DNA of 63,939 bases, counting the filler, from Polymyxa betae A26-41 (Eukaryota; Protista; Endomyxa: Phytomyxea), in the NCBI GenBank assembly GCA_003693705.1. It is 9 parts of 9 records of this genome, joined end to end, with 100 filler letters (N's around TTAATTAATTAA, not from the genome) between each part and the next. Parts side by side here need not be neighbours in the genome. Positions count along the whole stretch, not along the records: positions 4,766 to 25,356 come from RBZT01000108.1; positions 25,457 to 38,618 come from RBZT01000642.1; 7 more parts are not named here. One strand, written 5' to 3'. Within the stretch, counting starts at the first letter, position 1; every line of letters starts with the position of its first letter. The translations under genes were made by a program, and so were the position numbers. The notes beneath the pieces were generated by a model. It had not been told where the DNA came from, did not search any database, and saw only the letters and a program-made list of their open reading frames with translations. Shown one piece after another: positions 12,501 through 26,733 of this stretch.

Positions 12501-15500
12501 TGGTAAAATGAGCGTTGAGATTGACGAGACGCTCAGTCAAGATCTCGGATGGAGCAGCATTCTCGATCGATAACAGGAACAGGTTGACAAACCACTGAGA
12601 ATCATTCAATTGGCATTTTTCGGTCGATTAAGTCTAATAGAGAAACTACCTGTAAGCTGTACTGATACATCGGGTCAATATTGGCTAAATCGGCGATACA
12701 GAAATACAACAAAGATGCCCGATATGCGACAGGGATGTACCCAGCTCGAGATATATCGATTTCCTTCTCAACGATTTCCGCTTCGGCAACCTGCAAATTG
12801 TGAGCTGAATATAACAGAGGGTTTCGTTGTGGCGACCTTCTCGTTGATTTCTCGTGAGGTTGATTGCGAATTCGCCAGCGTGTTAATGAGCTCTTCATCT
12901 TCAAGAATATCGCCCTGCGACGATGAAAGTAGGCGCAGGATCTTATCTTCGATTTCTTGTAATTCCTCCTTCATTTTCGTGTTCGATAAAACTAGGAAAG
13001 ATAAGTTAATTATTGGCATTGGCCACAACATCAAAATGGTACCGAGGCGATTCTTTTTGATTTCAAGTTCTGGGCTTTCCTTCGAGACGACGACGCCGAG
13101 CATCTGATCTTGTAAACCAGCTCGAGTAATGGTGAAATTCAATAAAGTCACTTTGACATGCAATTCCGGTGAATAATGTGGATTGGGTAATTTTGTGGTC
13201 ATGTAAAACTGGAAATCGCTGCTGAATGGAATCGTCGTTTCGCCCAATGTTATATGAGGCACACCGTTCACCAAGAATGTCTAAGAAACACATCAATCAG
13301 AGAAGCGCCTAAACAATCAAAAGTTCAAGGCACCTGTCGTAATAAGATGGGCTCCAGAGCTGGATCTAATTCTTCACCGATATTCTCCATCATCACCCAT
13401 TTACCGAATCGGATCGCATTCTCCAACGTTCGTGAGAAATTATCGGTTAATTTGACGACATCCATTCCGTTCTTGGCCTGTGCTTTTCCCATTCCTTTCA
13501 CGAATTTATTGGCTTGGCCCTAGTACCAGTATTGAGTTCAGATCAAGAAATCGTCAGAGATCCATACTTGAGGATCAATAAGCAGAGGCCATCTGACACT
13601 TTTCGACATGATTATCCCATTCTCAATCGATAATGAATCCGTTGGTAATCCGAACATATTCCAACTTCGAATTGACACTGGATTACCCAATGTTGAGGAG
13701 ATGGTACATCCAGATGTAAATACAATCTCCAGCTGGGACAATCTCTCGTGCCATTCTTTCACAATCGCTGTCCGAAACTCTCCTGTAAATGCACCCAGGT
13801 AGGCGACAAAGCCTGAGCTCACGAGAATATCACCCGTTATACGAGTATAGGCCAAGGAGAGATCCTAATCAACAGACCAATCATTATAACAGAGCTGTAT
13901 TGAGGCGGAATGTTTGCGTACCTTGACGGTCTCAGACCATCGTTTCCTTTCACCTCCTAAACCGCCGACCAATTTCTCAGCTCGAACCAATTTCACTTTG
14001 CATTGCTCGACTTCGGTAGCGAGTGACTCTTTCTTCTGGACCGCATCTACATAATTCGCTTCTAATGTGGCGATGCGGTTCTCGACCGATTCTAAACGGG
14101 CAACAGCTTCTGCCAGAGTGGCATTAACACGTTCAAGTTCCTAAGTGATCATATCAGCTGGTGAATAAGATTCTGTATGTTGGAGTACTTGTTCAGCACC
14201 ACGTAAAGCAATACGTTTTGGTTCAACACTCTTTGCCACCGTATCATATGTGAACATAGCTCGAACCCATTGACAGATCGCTTTACACGCTTTTGATGCT
14301 TTCTCAATTGCAGCTGGAGTGAAATCTTCACGTTCCATGAACGGGCGAATCTGAGCATTTCTTATGACTAGGATGAACGTATTTCACAGAAAAATGAAAA
14401 AAACACTCGAATAACTCGCTTCTCAACAATTTTGCCACGATGTTCTCACATACCTTATCAATCAAATCAGGAGAAATATTATCTTTATCATACGTCATGA
14501 GCATATCTAAGAACTTCTTGGCGTCTTTGAAGAGCTTGTTGGAGGCAGGTTCCCAATAATCGTTGATTTTCTTCCCGACATTATCTGGATCGTTCTTCTT
14601 GATCGGAGGAATGTTGAACAGTATGCAGGTCGCCTGGCATTGATTTTAGAAAAAATTCAACGAAACATATCTCGCGCTGTCATTTTACTTGAATTGTGAT
14701 CAGAACACCAGCTGGCGGTTTTTTCATTGCTTTGACTTCATCGATATCACTTTTCTTGAGTAATTTCAGACAAGCAACGGCTTCTTCTAAAGCCGGTAAA
14801 GCCAAATCCAAATCCTTCTGGGCGTCATCTTTGATCTCTTTGCATTCAGCCGCTTTAGCTTTAGCATCAGCTTCCTGTTTCGCGACAACTTCACGTGTTG
14901 CATCAGCATCCTTCTTATCAATTGTAATCTGTTTCATCATGTCTTCAACTTCTTCTTGTGTCTTCACCAATATCGGCTGCTTATTCGTCAATTCAACTTG
15001 CAGCTTTGCGACAGCTTCTGCGCTTTGTTCGAGTTTATCAACACCGTTTTGAAGTTTGTCACGAAGACCACCAACGTTTTTCTTCTTGGCAGCTAAATTG
15101 AACACAGAATCAGGGACGCATGGGACAGCACGATCATTGATAGCATACCCAGTAACCGCTTAAAAGTAGCCAGTACTTCCAAGAATGATGTTGGAGTGAC
15201 ATAATTATGACGTCGCAGAAGCTCTCTATAACGAATGCTGCTTTGCTCAACAGATTGATGAATTGCAACGAACATGTTGACTATGGGATCAACAGGACCC
15301 AATGACTAAATGGAACCTCAGCATAGAGCGACAATGTAATCGAGTGCTTACGAGATCCTCTTCTGTGAGACTGGAATGAGCAACAGATCGCAATGCTTCA
15401 GCAGGCCATGGTGAGAACCAGTCAATTGTACAGCAATTAACAAGTGCAGGGAACATTCGTAATCGTGTACGGAATGCTTCTCCCATTGGTGACATACATA

Positions 15501-18500
15501 GAACAACATGCAAATTCGCACGAACACGTGCAATAAACATGGAATAAATATTGGATTTTGTAGGAGCCAGTTTCCGCCTCTGACAATCTATTCTGCATGC
15601 TGTGAAGATTGTCTCGAGATCTTCACCGCTATACAGATTCGGAACATCACCAGAATTTAGAATATTATTCACATCCTGCAATAAGATGTTCAGAATCATT
15701 GCAAAGGCATGAAATAAGGTTCACCTCGAGCTGTGCCTCTTTGATAATTTGTGTATCAGATAGAAGGAATACGGTGGGCTTCTCTTGAACTCCAGCAATC
15801 AGGAGACATTTCCTGAGATCATCCCTCCATGCATTCATATCATAGGATTTCGTGACCTCAATCTGAAACAGCTCATAATCGCAGATGAAAGCAGCTAATC
15901 TTGTTAGACTTTGTCTTCCACTTCCACCAACACCCAATAATAAACCATTACCTAATGGTTGACGTATAACGCGACATATTCGTGAGACATGATCAATTGC
16001 ATCTGTAAACATCACCAATTTCATTCGATTCTTCTTCTCACTATTATATTCTTCTAGATAATCTTCCATAATCTGAGCTAGCTTATCCATATCAGTAATC
16101 TCATCGTATATCTTCGTATCAGCACCACTTCCGCCCAAATAATCGCCAAATACAATCCTTCCTTCAGCATTCGGGACGACCTCGTGCCACGCCTTCCCAA
16201 ATTTCTCTCTCAACAATTTCGTCAATAAATTCGTGAGCCATTCATGATCCGTATTAGACACCATCCGATCAGCAAATACACGACGGTTCTCATGAGTCCA
16301 CAATCGAAGTAGACCATCAACGCCGGCAATACGCGGGCTTGCATTCAATAAACCTTGAAAGACTTTTGAGAGATCTCGCAGATTGAACGTATAGTGAGAT
16401 TTGGATGGTGTTGGTAGCAGCTCGGTCGCGATCGTTCTGTAAATATGAACGGTCGATTGAACGAGCGCCTCAGCACACAGCTGAATCTCGTCAGAGAACG
16501 ATGAGAGGAAATCACGAACAATGGTTAAGAAGATTTGTTGTAAGCTGGCCGAGCTCAGATCGGTCTGATTAATCAGAGCGAAATGGCGTTTAAATCGTCC
16601 AGTAATTGGATTTCGACCACCACCTGGAGGTCCCATAGCTCCAACAAATATCAAATCTTGAACTTTGTTGAGTTGAAGAGATTTCAGATCATACCATCCA
16701 CCATGATCCATCCATTGACGAAGCAGCTCGATCGGGGGCTGAGCAAAGTATTTCTCACGAGCTGGCATATTGAGATCATCAACGAACACGATATACGTCT
16801 TACCAATCGGGGGTCTAAATCATACAATCGTTAATGAAATTAATCAAATTCACATCAGAATCAAAAAATCGTGGTATAGCCTAAAATTCAAGAACTTTAA
16901 AGAAAGTGAAGATGTGTTGTACCCATAGACGCGCTGACGACGCTTCTCCATTTTCGAATCGAGAATATCTTGAACTTGATTACTGCTTGTAGCAGCAGAG
17001 AACATCATCGATATGGGCATATACTCCGAAGTCATCGTAGCCAGATATTGCGATATATTAACAGTCTTTCCCGTTCCAGTATTCCCAGTAAACAAGATAT
17101 GTCTACCAGTACGAACATGTGAATCTAATAGATATGTGCATCGAACTGAATCAATCGTTGGAACGATCATCTCCTGAAATGGTGCTTTACTAGGCACAAC
17201 ATATTCGGGAACCGTTTTCATCCAAGAGACCCATTCATCACGATCTGGATCGAATAAGAAATCATGAACAAGACCGGATTCCGGAGGGATCCGCGAGAAC
17301 TCATTCAGAACACAATGCGATCTCAACCATTGATCGAATCGCGGTCGACCTGATTCGTTTGTCGTTGCCCCAACCGACCAGATTAATGAGAACAGGAACA
17401 TTGGACCAATCTGGGTCTCGAGAAGTGCTCTGGTCGCCCCGAGCTGATCCTCATCCGCATTGCCATGATCGGAATTCGCATCCCGACATTTCATGAAGAA
17501 ACAGTCGAGCTTGGTGAGAGCAGATCGAATCAGGTTATTGTCGGCCGTGCTAACCGGCTCAATCAGATTACGTCTCAGAAAGGCAACAGCTGGATCGAAG
17601 AATTGCTCGAACAGCTGAGAGATGGCGGGACGTACCGGCCCGATCACGTTCGGGACCGTATCCAGCCATGATTGTAGAACTGGTCTCCATCCAATAGCTT
17701 CTGGATCCATATAGACCATACCACATCGTGATACTGTTGCTGGCGATGCTACAGAGAGATCTTCAACTTCAAACATCATCGTCATGGTTGCTGGGATCTG
17801 GATGATCTCTCCCGAGTTCAGACAGAGTTTCTTGTTGTCATCGAGGACCGTGTTCATATTCTCAATCCAGAGTGCATCAACAGGACCATCGAATACAATC
17901 CAATTGCGATCAAGTACCAAATCGCCTTCACAGCATTGCCGTATCAATAAGGGTAGAATCCCATCTGCCCATTCATGTGTTGCATCATCGAACTGTCCAT
18001 ATAATTGACCCATTTTGATGCTTTTCGGATTCAATGTGTGTGTTCGAACTTTCAGGAAATCGGTATCTCCATTATCAGCTAGACGTGTAAGAGCTCTCTG
18101 TAATACTTGCAGATTGCAGGTTTTACCACCACCTGTTGGACCAACAAGCATAAGACCATGTCGAACTTGAGCTGTCTCGAATAGCTGAATCGATTTAGCA
18201 CAGAATGATTCAACCGGTTGAAGACGTTGCTCTAAGCATGATTCCACGATCGAATTCATCAATGCACCATGATCAATATTAGGTCTCGAGATTCCCGGGA
18301 ATAAATCAGAGATGATACCCTCGAATAAAGGAAGATCATCAGCCAGAAATTTCGGGACGTTGACGTCACGAAGAGCACGAAGTAGGAGAACGTTTTCATC
18401 AAGATTGGGATCTTTACGTTTTAGAATCCCAGCTTGTGTAATGACAGTCTTAACAGCTCTCATACCATAATCATAATGATCTTGTGCTGATAGCTGCTCC

Positions 18501-21500
18501 GAACAGAGTTTAAACGTGGCCACCATCTTTAGAGATAGAGCTCGTGCATCAGTGAATCCGAACGAATACAGCATGATCTCACCAATCAGAGCATAATCTG
18601 GTACCATCATTGCTACAGGACGGAATAGGGCCGCCAGGTTATCAGGCAGTTCAGTACGACCAGCGTATCCCGGGTTCATCGTGATGAACGCACAGCACGA
18701 CTAAATCATCAATCAGATTCTCCAATTTGTGATTTCGAGCGTGAAATGCTTTACAAATCGATGCAAAAATGATTGTCAAAATGAAGAAAAAATTGTAGTT
18801 ACCGGTCGTAATCGTAGCTCTTGATCTTCAAATACGAAATGATCGACTTTGGCCCTGACTGCATTCCAGATGGTCTGAACCTGCTGGGCCACGACAGATA
18901 ATACCTCAATATCGATACGATTGAATTCATCGAAACATGCCCAAGCACCGCTACTAGCCAGACCCTTGAAGAATTTCCCCATTGCAATATGATCTAATGA
19001 ATCCGAACAATTGAATACAACACATTGGATGGCGACACATTTCGCCAGATCTTTGACCGTTTCTGTCTTTCCAGTTCCAGCTGGGCCAGCAGGTGCACCA
19101 CCTAAATGCAATTGTAACGCAGTCATCAGTGTCATGTAACATCGTTCTGTCAATGGTGTTATCACTAAACGTAACGAATTCCCGAGATATTCATATGCAT
19201 AGTCGAATCTGGCCTGAACCATCTGAACTGTGATCTGTTCTGTTCCAGATTCGACATAATATCGCATCTGGGAGATCCAGCCGAAATCATGAACGGATTG
19301 AACACGTTCATCAACCATTCGTGAGATAACATCACGGGCATGAACATCGAGAACAATAAGAGCTCCAACCGTCAGACGTTGTAATGATGTTAAATCACCA
19401 CGAACGAGACTGACCATATCGACGAGCTGATCACGTTGAACTTGAAGATATTTCACCAGACCTTGATGTCCTTCTTCATGCAAAACATGTTCAACTTCTC
19501 GTGTCCAATGAACTTGCGATCCTGTTAGAACACATTGTGCTGGCCATACACGAACCCAATCAGGACGTGATCGTTGGGTATAATCACCGACAGATTCATT
19601 CAATACAGACTTGATCGATGCTCTCATCATATCTTCAACTTCACTCAGCCAGACTTCAACTGGTTTCTCACTCGGATCCACTTTCGTCTTGAAATCAACG
19701 CGCTCTTTCTCAGCTGAAAACATGGCTGTAATGCGACCATCTTTGTCGAACTCTAATCGAGTGATATTCTCGAAACATTTCTTCAGATGTGGCTGAACCG
19801 CTTGTGGATCTTTCGCTTGTGATAGAATCTGCAATAGTTCGTCGTTGGATAAGAAATAGAATCGAGCGAATGCTCCTCGTTTGGAATCCAGGTAATCACT
19901 GAGTCCTTTCTGAACGATTTCCAGCTGTTTGTTTCCTTCTTGAAATTGTGTCAATAAGGTTGGATCATCGCAGACTGTCAGCACGTCTGGATTGGCAGCG
20001 AATGTGGCCATTGTGTTACGCCAGACACGATTGACATTGCCGAATCGTTTCCCTTCCACAGGAAGCTGTTTCAAAATATCGGGAGAATCGAAGATTGGTC
20101 GTAGGTAGAGCCAGGCCACCTGAACCTGAAGTAGAACTTCCAGGACATCACTAACTAGACGTAATTTATGATCCCAATTGCTGATGCGTTCTTCGAATGG
20201 ACCCTTGAAAGTAGAGAATTGCATCGCCTACAAGATTGTCAACAATTCGAAGTAAAGCCACATCGATATCATATGACGTATAGATAGATCAAATGACATT
20301 TAAAGTGATCAAACAAGGCAGATAATCGAGAAAAAGGATTCACCGTACCTGTGTCATAACATGGTGTTCATCGAGTAGAGCGAGAATCTGATCTGTTCCC
20401 TTTACAACATATGTGCCTGTATTCTTATATGGGACAATATGGAATTTAACTTCAGCCCATGTGTCATGCATCTTATTCAATGATTGTTCTATCATGAACT
20501 CTTTACCAGCGCGTTCTCCTTCCTTACTAATGATATCGAGACGTTCGTTGAGATGGAGCGTGTTCACAGCGATATCTAAAGTGAACAGATGATCGGGATA
20601 AACATCGAATCCAAGAGCTGCTGATAATGCATCCCAATGTCTTTGTCTCATACCAGGATTTCCTGTAGCACGTTTTCAGTAATAGATCATGATATCAGCA
20701 ACATTCTACCTAAAGCTTCAATCAGAGGAAGAAGAGGTTCGAATTCTTTGATTCGCTTGAAGAAGTTGCCGGCGATGTTATTGAGTTCAGCGTTATCTTT
20801 GACCTGTGCTGCCTTGATCGCCTTCGATAGATCCTTCTGGTATTGATCGATATCGCGGGCGACTTCTTCAGGTTTCACTTTCAAGAACGAATCGGTTCTC
20901 CAGACGACAGATCGTTCTTTCCATGCATTGCATGCTGACCACATTAATGAATATGGAGCGAACTGTTTACTCAATTCACGAAGTCGGGAATAATCGGTGA
21001 TATCGCGACCAAAATGAATTTCATCTTGGTTAAACTGTCGTGCTTTCTCCAAATAATCATTGATTTTCGCCTAGTAAAATATTGATAAAATTCAGATAAT
21101 AGACAGATGCGGGTTTATACCTCGATATTCTTGGCTTTTTCAGCAATAAGGCGAATCTTACCAACATCGGTGTATTGACCGAAATTACGAACTTCATTCT
21201 CCAGATCGATCGTCTCAGCCTCAAATGCTTTCTGTTTCGCTGTGACATGATCCTCAAATATCGCTTTCTGTTCATCCAAATATTGATTGACATTCGCGAC
21301 CTGGTCGTACACGCTTTTCGGTAAGGCGAACGTATTCCAGCGAGCAGCGAAATCATCTTTAGTAAATCGATATCCGAAATCGTCTAGTAGAGCGAATCGA
21401 GCTAGAGCATCATCAATAGCGGGACGTTTATCTGTGACCGCTTTCGGGACGGTTGAAAGATGTTCTCTCATCTCAACCAACGCCTCGATATTTTCAGGTG

Positions 21501-23648
21501 TTCGTTGCAATGTTAGACGAATTGCATTGAAATCTTGCTCAATCGCAACACATTGATCTCGCGTTAGACGACAATATGTCTCCAGTTCACAATTGGCAAT
21601 CAATGTGTGCTTATCGCTCAATTCTCTCCGAATCAAATCACATGAAACTATTCCCAGAAATTCAGAACATTTGAAGATTCAATCGTCATGATCTTACTTA
21701 AACATAGCCCGAGATTAACTTGCTGTGGAATATTCCTTTCAATCTCCAAACGCAGCTCTTCGTGACGTTCCACTTCATGTCGTACTTGCTCCAATGTAAG
21801 CCCCGGCGTGGCAAAGAACTTGGATACGTATTCTTCAACATTCAAAGCTACATTGTGTAAGATGAGGGAAATATTGTTATCGAAAAATCTCTCACCAAGA
21901 AGGTCCCGATATTGTTCATAGGTCTGAACGAATTCACGAACAGGTTGTAGAGCTTTACTGACACAATTTGTAATCCGATCAGCTAATTGTTGAACCCAGG
22001 GGGTCTGTCTTGGCACAGATTGTAATTTTCCTTTATGCAGAGATCGGAATAGAGACTCCATAACAATTGGTTCAAGCTGTGGGATATCATGTAATAATGA
22101 AATACCACGATCAAACAGAGTTAATGGCAGGTCTTCGAGAGCAGATAATTTCGTCGATAATCCAAGCTTGCAATCGCGGAATGTGAGTTCAGCAGAGAAG
22201 AGAGGAAATCGGCCATGATTTGTGAATGTCTCAAAGAACTCGACATATTCGATGAGAGATCGTTCTATAAGAGATCTCAGCGTGTCTTCCATCATGAAAT
22301 TAATAACAGTTAGAAGCTTTTTCAGTTTCGAGAATGAATACACTTCACGACTGCGTTCTTTCAAATAGAACCATCCTTTACCAACAGATTGTAATGAATC
22401 TTTAACTGTATTTTTCAAAGCAGTGATCCATGCTCCAGTTAACGTTGTATGAATTTGCGATAACGAGGAGACTTGAAGCTGTTCAAATTCATCGATAGCG
22501 ATGGTCTTAGAGATATGAGTATTAAACATAGATAAGCTGAGAATATGAAGATTCTCCATCTGTACAGATGCCATAGCGTTAATTACTTCATTCTTAATCA
22601 GCAAAGAATGGAATGAAAAATCGTTGAATCTTGAGGTGTAATCGTATCTCGGTATAGCAACAACACCTGTTCTTGGAGCTTTTCTCGCCTTGGCTGGCTG
22701 CCAGCATAACGTTCTTCGAAGTGATTCCTGACCAGGATTTGTTAAATTCTGATCGAATATGATCTTGTTCATTGTACGAGCAAAATCGATATTGATTTCA
22801 CCAACGAGCGAAGTCGTATCTAATGCATTCTGCTTTAAAGCGCTCGTATTCAGAGCCGATGTCAGAATACGATTTGCTTGTTCGGGATCAATTGGTTGCA
22901 TATCGTCGATTGGCATCGAGTCGATATACAGATTATATCGTGCCTGGCCTTCAAACATCTTCCTCATTCGATGGGCTGAGACGACCCGTTCCACGAAAAA
23001 TTCAGGATCTTCAACAGAAAAGTAGACGAATAATCGGTGTAGTTCATGAGCTGCTGATTCACCTTTGAATTCCACTTGATATCGATCATGACCAGAATAT
23101 GACAAAATCACACATGGCTCAAACTTCCCAAGACCAGATTCTGAATTCAGTTTCAATGCTAATCCAGAGAGAGGAACACCCAGCATCCATTCTTCTGGCG
23201 TTCTCGTCTCATAATCAGTATCGTCGAATAATTCTAACGGCAGAAACGCCTTTCGATTACTCCATTGATCAACATTAAGTCGGCGTTTACGATAATCAAT
23301 GCCATGATCAGATAATAGCTCATTGATATTCGTATTCTGATATTGGACTTTACGCCGATGTATTTCAATGCGTCTTGGAGCCTGGCCTGGCTCACGCCTA
23401 TATGGGATATTCACACGTGGTACTGGCCCTTCGCCATGATTGGCCGCGTTCGCTACTGGAGAATGTCCTAATGGAATCGCAGATCGGAATAGTTTGGCGG
23501 TCGGTGATGCAGCCAGTCGTCGGCTGATGGCGATTGGTGATAATCGCCCAGATGGCGGCACAATCTCAATAGCGGCACCGCCTTCGGAAGCATTGATCGC
23601 TTCGGAATAGATGCCGCGCTGGCGCAGGGCCAGCGGGTTCTGGGCCAT
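9578..23648 (-). CDS. DNAH1: Axonemal inner-arm dynein heavy chain, DNAH1-like, multi-intron
   Basis: P-loops [24 protein letters not shown] and GVGGSGRQ; CFDEFNRI; WPLLIDPQ; C-terminus [15 protein letters not shown]. The N-terminal [19 protein letters not shown] resembles the DNAH1 subfamily; subfamily is less certain than family. Confidence 0.92.
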
Positions 23649-24002
23649 GATGCCCGGCGCCCTATTTTAATGCTGAAATGACCTGCGCTTCGGGGAGAGC
23701 AGTACGACGCTGATCATGACCATCACGCTGCTCGTTACAGGCCATGATCCATTGACGAAGATGATGGATGCACGCTAGGCCGATTATGAAACAATATAAG
23801 CAAGTGTTCATTCATTCAACAATGTTTGCCCATCAAACCAATGCTGGGCCATGATCTATAAATCTCCATAACAATCGCTAACGTTAGATGATGACAGTCA
23901 TCATATGAAAATACGATGAATCCGCCAGCACAGTTTAGACTATCACCTTGCTCTGTCAATCGTTGAACGACTCGGGCTTACCGGTAGATAGTACCTGACA
24001 GC

Positions 24003-24059
24003 ACTGGGGGCAGTGGCAAAGTTTTCAAAGTTTTGCAAAACTTTGCCACTGCCCCCAGT
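24003..24059. repeat. 57-bp fold-back with perfect 23-bp arms (TIR-only remnant)
   Basis: ACTGGGGGCAGTGGCAAAGTTTT followed by AAAACTTTGCCACTGCCCCCAGT. Confidence 0.85.
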
Positions 24060-24522
24060 ATATTGGCAAGGTTTAGGCAAGGTTTAGAGGTGGGTGCGTA
24101 TGGGTGCGAGGTTTAGGCAAGGTTTAGACGGCGGGCACTCTCAATACCAGATTCCGATGACAGAAATAAAATTGAAAATATATGAGAACACAGATGACGA
24201 TTAACTGGGATGGCGAACTCGTACTGTTCTTTAAACTGATTTCTGACAGAGCAGATGAAAAATGGATTGGTTGTCTTTAACATATGAGGAAATACAAGAA
24301 TTGACACAGTATGACTTTTATAATAGATGATCGGCTGTTCCTATCACTCGGATACATCAGAAAAGGCGGTTTGTTTTTGATATTGAGTATATGGATGCCA
24401 CTATTATAGTACTAAATATTTAATTAATAATATAACACAAATCCAAGGACACAGTCTCAGCACTGCGATACGGCATTATATGTAAAGCGAAGGAACCCGC
24501 CAACTCCTTCCAAAAATACATT

Positions 24523-24630
24523 AGGGGGTATCAAGTTGGCTTCTCGCAAAAAAATTAAAGCGCTTTAATTTTTTTAAAGCACCTTGGCAGGTGCTTTAAA
24601 AATCTGCTTTNNGCAAGTTTGATACCCCCT
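24523..24630. mobile_element. MITE or collapsed TIR element with ATT target-site duplication
   Basis: TIR AGGGGGTATCAA/TTGATACCCCCT with ATT on both sides (24520-24522, 24631-24633). Contains an internal palindrome and an NN gap at 24611. Confidence 0.7.
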
Positions 24631-24791
24631 ATTATCAATTAAAATTGAATTTTGAATTTGATTGTTAGGACTTATAATAACTCATAATTGCGGAAAATGA
24701 CAATAAACCATCGGCGTCAAAAAGGGTCAAAAGCGTCGTGATTTCACTCCATACATGTTTATGTCGGAAATCATGACGCAAATTTCTCTCT

Positions 24792-25356
24792 TTAGAAACG
24801 AAATTTAGCGTTTTTTGCGGAAAAAACGCAGTTCTCGGTTGAGTGCGATTCTTTCGACGCTGATCCTGAAGTAATTACTATTCGTCTATGCATCTGTGCT
24901 AACGAATCTTGTAATTGCTTAACTTCCTGTAGAAGCTTATCTAGCGGAATCCTCTCATACTGAAGTGTATCATTTCTTACTCTGGCAAATACACTATCTA
25001 ATGGGCTGTCCGGCCGGCGTTGTCCAGTAAATACTGTCACTGGGGCCTTTCCTCCTAGTCTGGCCTGAAAACGATGATTAAACGTATGCTCAATGTTCTT
25101 ATTAAGCCAAGGCCAATCAGCCTTCTCCCAGTGTAACACAGATATCAAAGCGCGAACTAGCGCTAGATAATGCCTATTGATAATTTCAATGGAACCATTG
25201 CTATAGTGACCATATGCCACTGTAAAATGATACTTGCAATTGATGTTAAACGGAAGTGTAAACTCTTCCATTACAGCTGACATAAAGCATGATGCCATAT
25301 CTGTTACTATAATGTCTGGAGTGCGTGAACTAGCTCTCCAATCCATCAAAGCATCA
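24792..25356 (-). pseudogene. Ty3/Gypsy integrase core fragment, cut by contig end
   Basis: PDIIVTDMASCF...HFTVAYGHYSNGSIEIINR...W...HTFNHR...GKAPVTVFTG matches the rve D..E core and downstream motif. Confidence 0.8.
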
Positions 25357-25875
25357 NNNNNNNNNNNNNNNNNNNNNNNNNNNNNNNNNNNNNNNNNNNN
25401 TTAATTAATTAANNNNNNNNNNNNNNNNNNNNNNNNNNNNNNNNNNNNNNNNNNNNAAACTTTGCCAGAACCCCAGTGAACAAAAGGTAAACATGATGCA
25501 CAGGAATGAGCTGGGATTGATTCCAAATAGAATTCAATATCTCGTCCTGCTTCGAAGGTTTGAGCTTTATCACAAAGACACAGAAGAATCACCGAGATTT
25601 ATCAGTGAAATTCTGGGAGCAACGCACCTAAAAAAAAACTAAATAAAGTTATCAAATGATGGACCGCTCTGAAGTCTTGTAGTAAGATGACCTGAAGGGA
25701 GGATTCCGGCTACTTCAGTCCTTGCGCCCTAAAAATGGCGAAATCCAATCCATAATTTAAATTTCGATTTTGATACAAACTAACTCTTTGTGTCGGCCTG
25801 TACATTGTTATATGAGCGAACAAAATTGCTGAGAAGAAACTCGACAATTTATGAAGGATGTAGAAACGTATCTTG

Positions 25876-26733
25876 TCAGTATGGTTTGAGCATGATGATG
25901 ATGCTGGAGCCGGAATCGGCGACAGTGATGACGAGTAGGCAACTGGTCGCTCTTCCATCAGCTGCGACAACGGTGACGTAAATCGGAGAGAGGCGATTGG
26001 ATCGACGAGTCTGATCCAGCATCTGCTGCCAATCTCTCTCCATCAGCAGCCTGAACGATTCCGGTCTCGTAATCGTCTCACAGAGCTGCTCACTTGACAG
26101 GCCGAACAGCAGCACGGCGTTCTTGTTGGCAGAAAGATTCCATTGCGACTCGCCTTCCAGCCTGAAAATATCCACCATCGGGATCGGGATCTGAGAGCAT
26201 CGGCTGCTTTCTGTTGGCGACGATGAGATTTCAGGAACCGATTGATGCAGAAGTCTTGTGAAAATCGCCCTCCAGACTGATTGTACAGTAGCAATCGTGG
26301 TTACCGATTTCGGCGCCCCTGGGTTCGTTGTGACATTCGAAGAGGGCCGTCCCATTTTCCTATGGATGCGGTTGACGCAGGCGTCTTGCATACCAAGGCG
26401 AATGCAGCGTTGACAAGGTCGCTGCGAAGCGCACGCAGATTTGGACATCGAGCAAGGCAAGCAGGCGATTCGGGTCCTGGGTGAGCCTCGAGTTCGTGTT
26501 CTCTTCACCGAGCCTTCTGAGCGTTCATAGACGCGGAACGAGAACGGGCGGAGCTGGACAGTGCTGGTCCAGGTCGGGACGACGATCGAGAGCGGCTTGG
26601 GCCAGACGACGGGCGATGGGATTGCCAAGAACGGGCTCGACATCGTCATAGGAGAGTGAGAGGGAGAGAGACGCCCAGCCGACCTCCATTGCTGATAGAG
26701 AGGGCACCCCCATGATTGATAGAAAGGGGTCAC
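25876..26733 (-). CDS. Zn(II)2Cys6 transcription factor, ERT1/AcuK-like, with possible C-terminal PAS-like region
   Basis: CLPCSMSKSACASQRPCQRCIRLGMQDAC is CX2CX6CX5CX2CX8C and is followed by basic RKMGRP. SANKNAVLLFGLSSEQL resembles a PAS start. True start codon is uncertain. Confidence 0.8.
   Translation of the reverse strand: MTPFYQSWGCPLYQQWRSAGRLSPSHSPMTMSSPFLAIPSPVVWPKPLSIVVPTWTSTVQLRPFSFRVYERSEGSVKRTRTRGSPRTRIACLPCSMSKSACASQRPCQRCIRLGMQDACVNRIHRKMGRPSSNVTTNPGAPKSVTTIATVQSVWRAIFTRLLHQSVPEISSSPTESSRCSQIPIPMVDIFRLEGESQWNLSANKNAVLLFGLSSEQLCETITRPESFRLLMERDWQQMLDQTRRSNRLSPIYVTVVAADGRATSCLLVITVADSGSSIIIMLKPY

Noticed and set aside
10532-23068. Plus-strand ORFs over the dynein gene
   Set aside because: Antisense shadows with no motifs.
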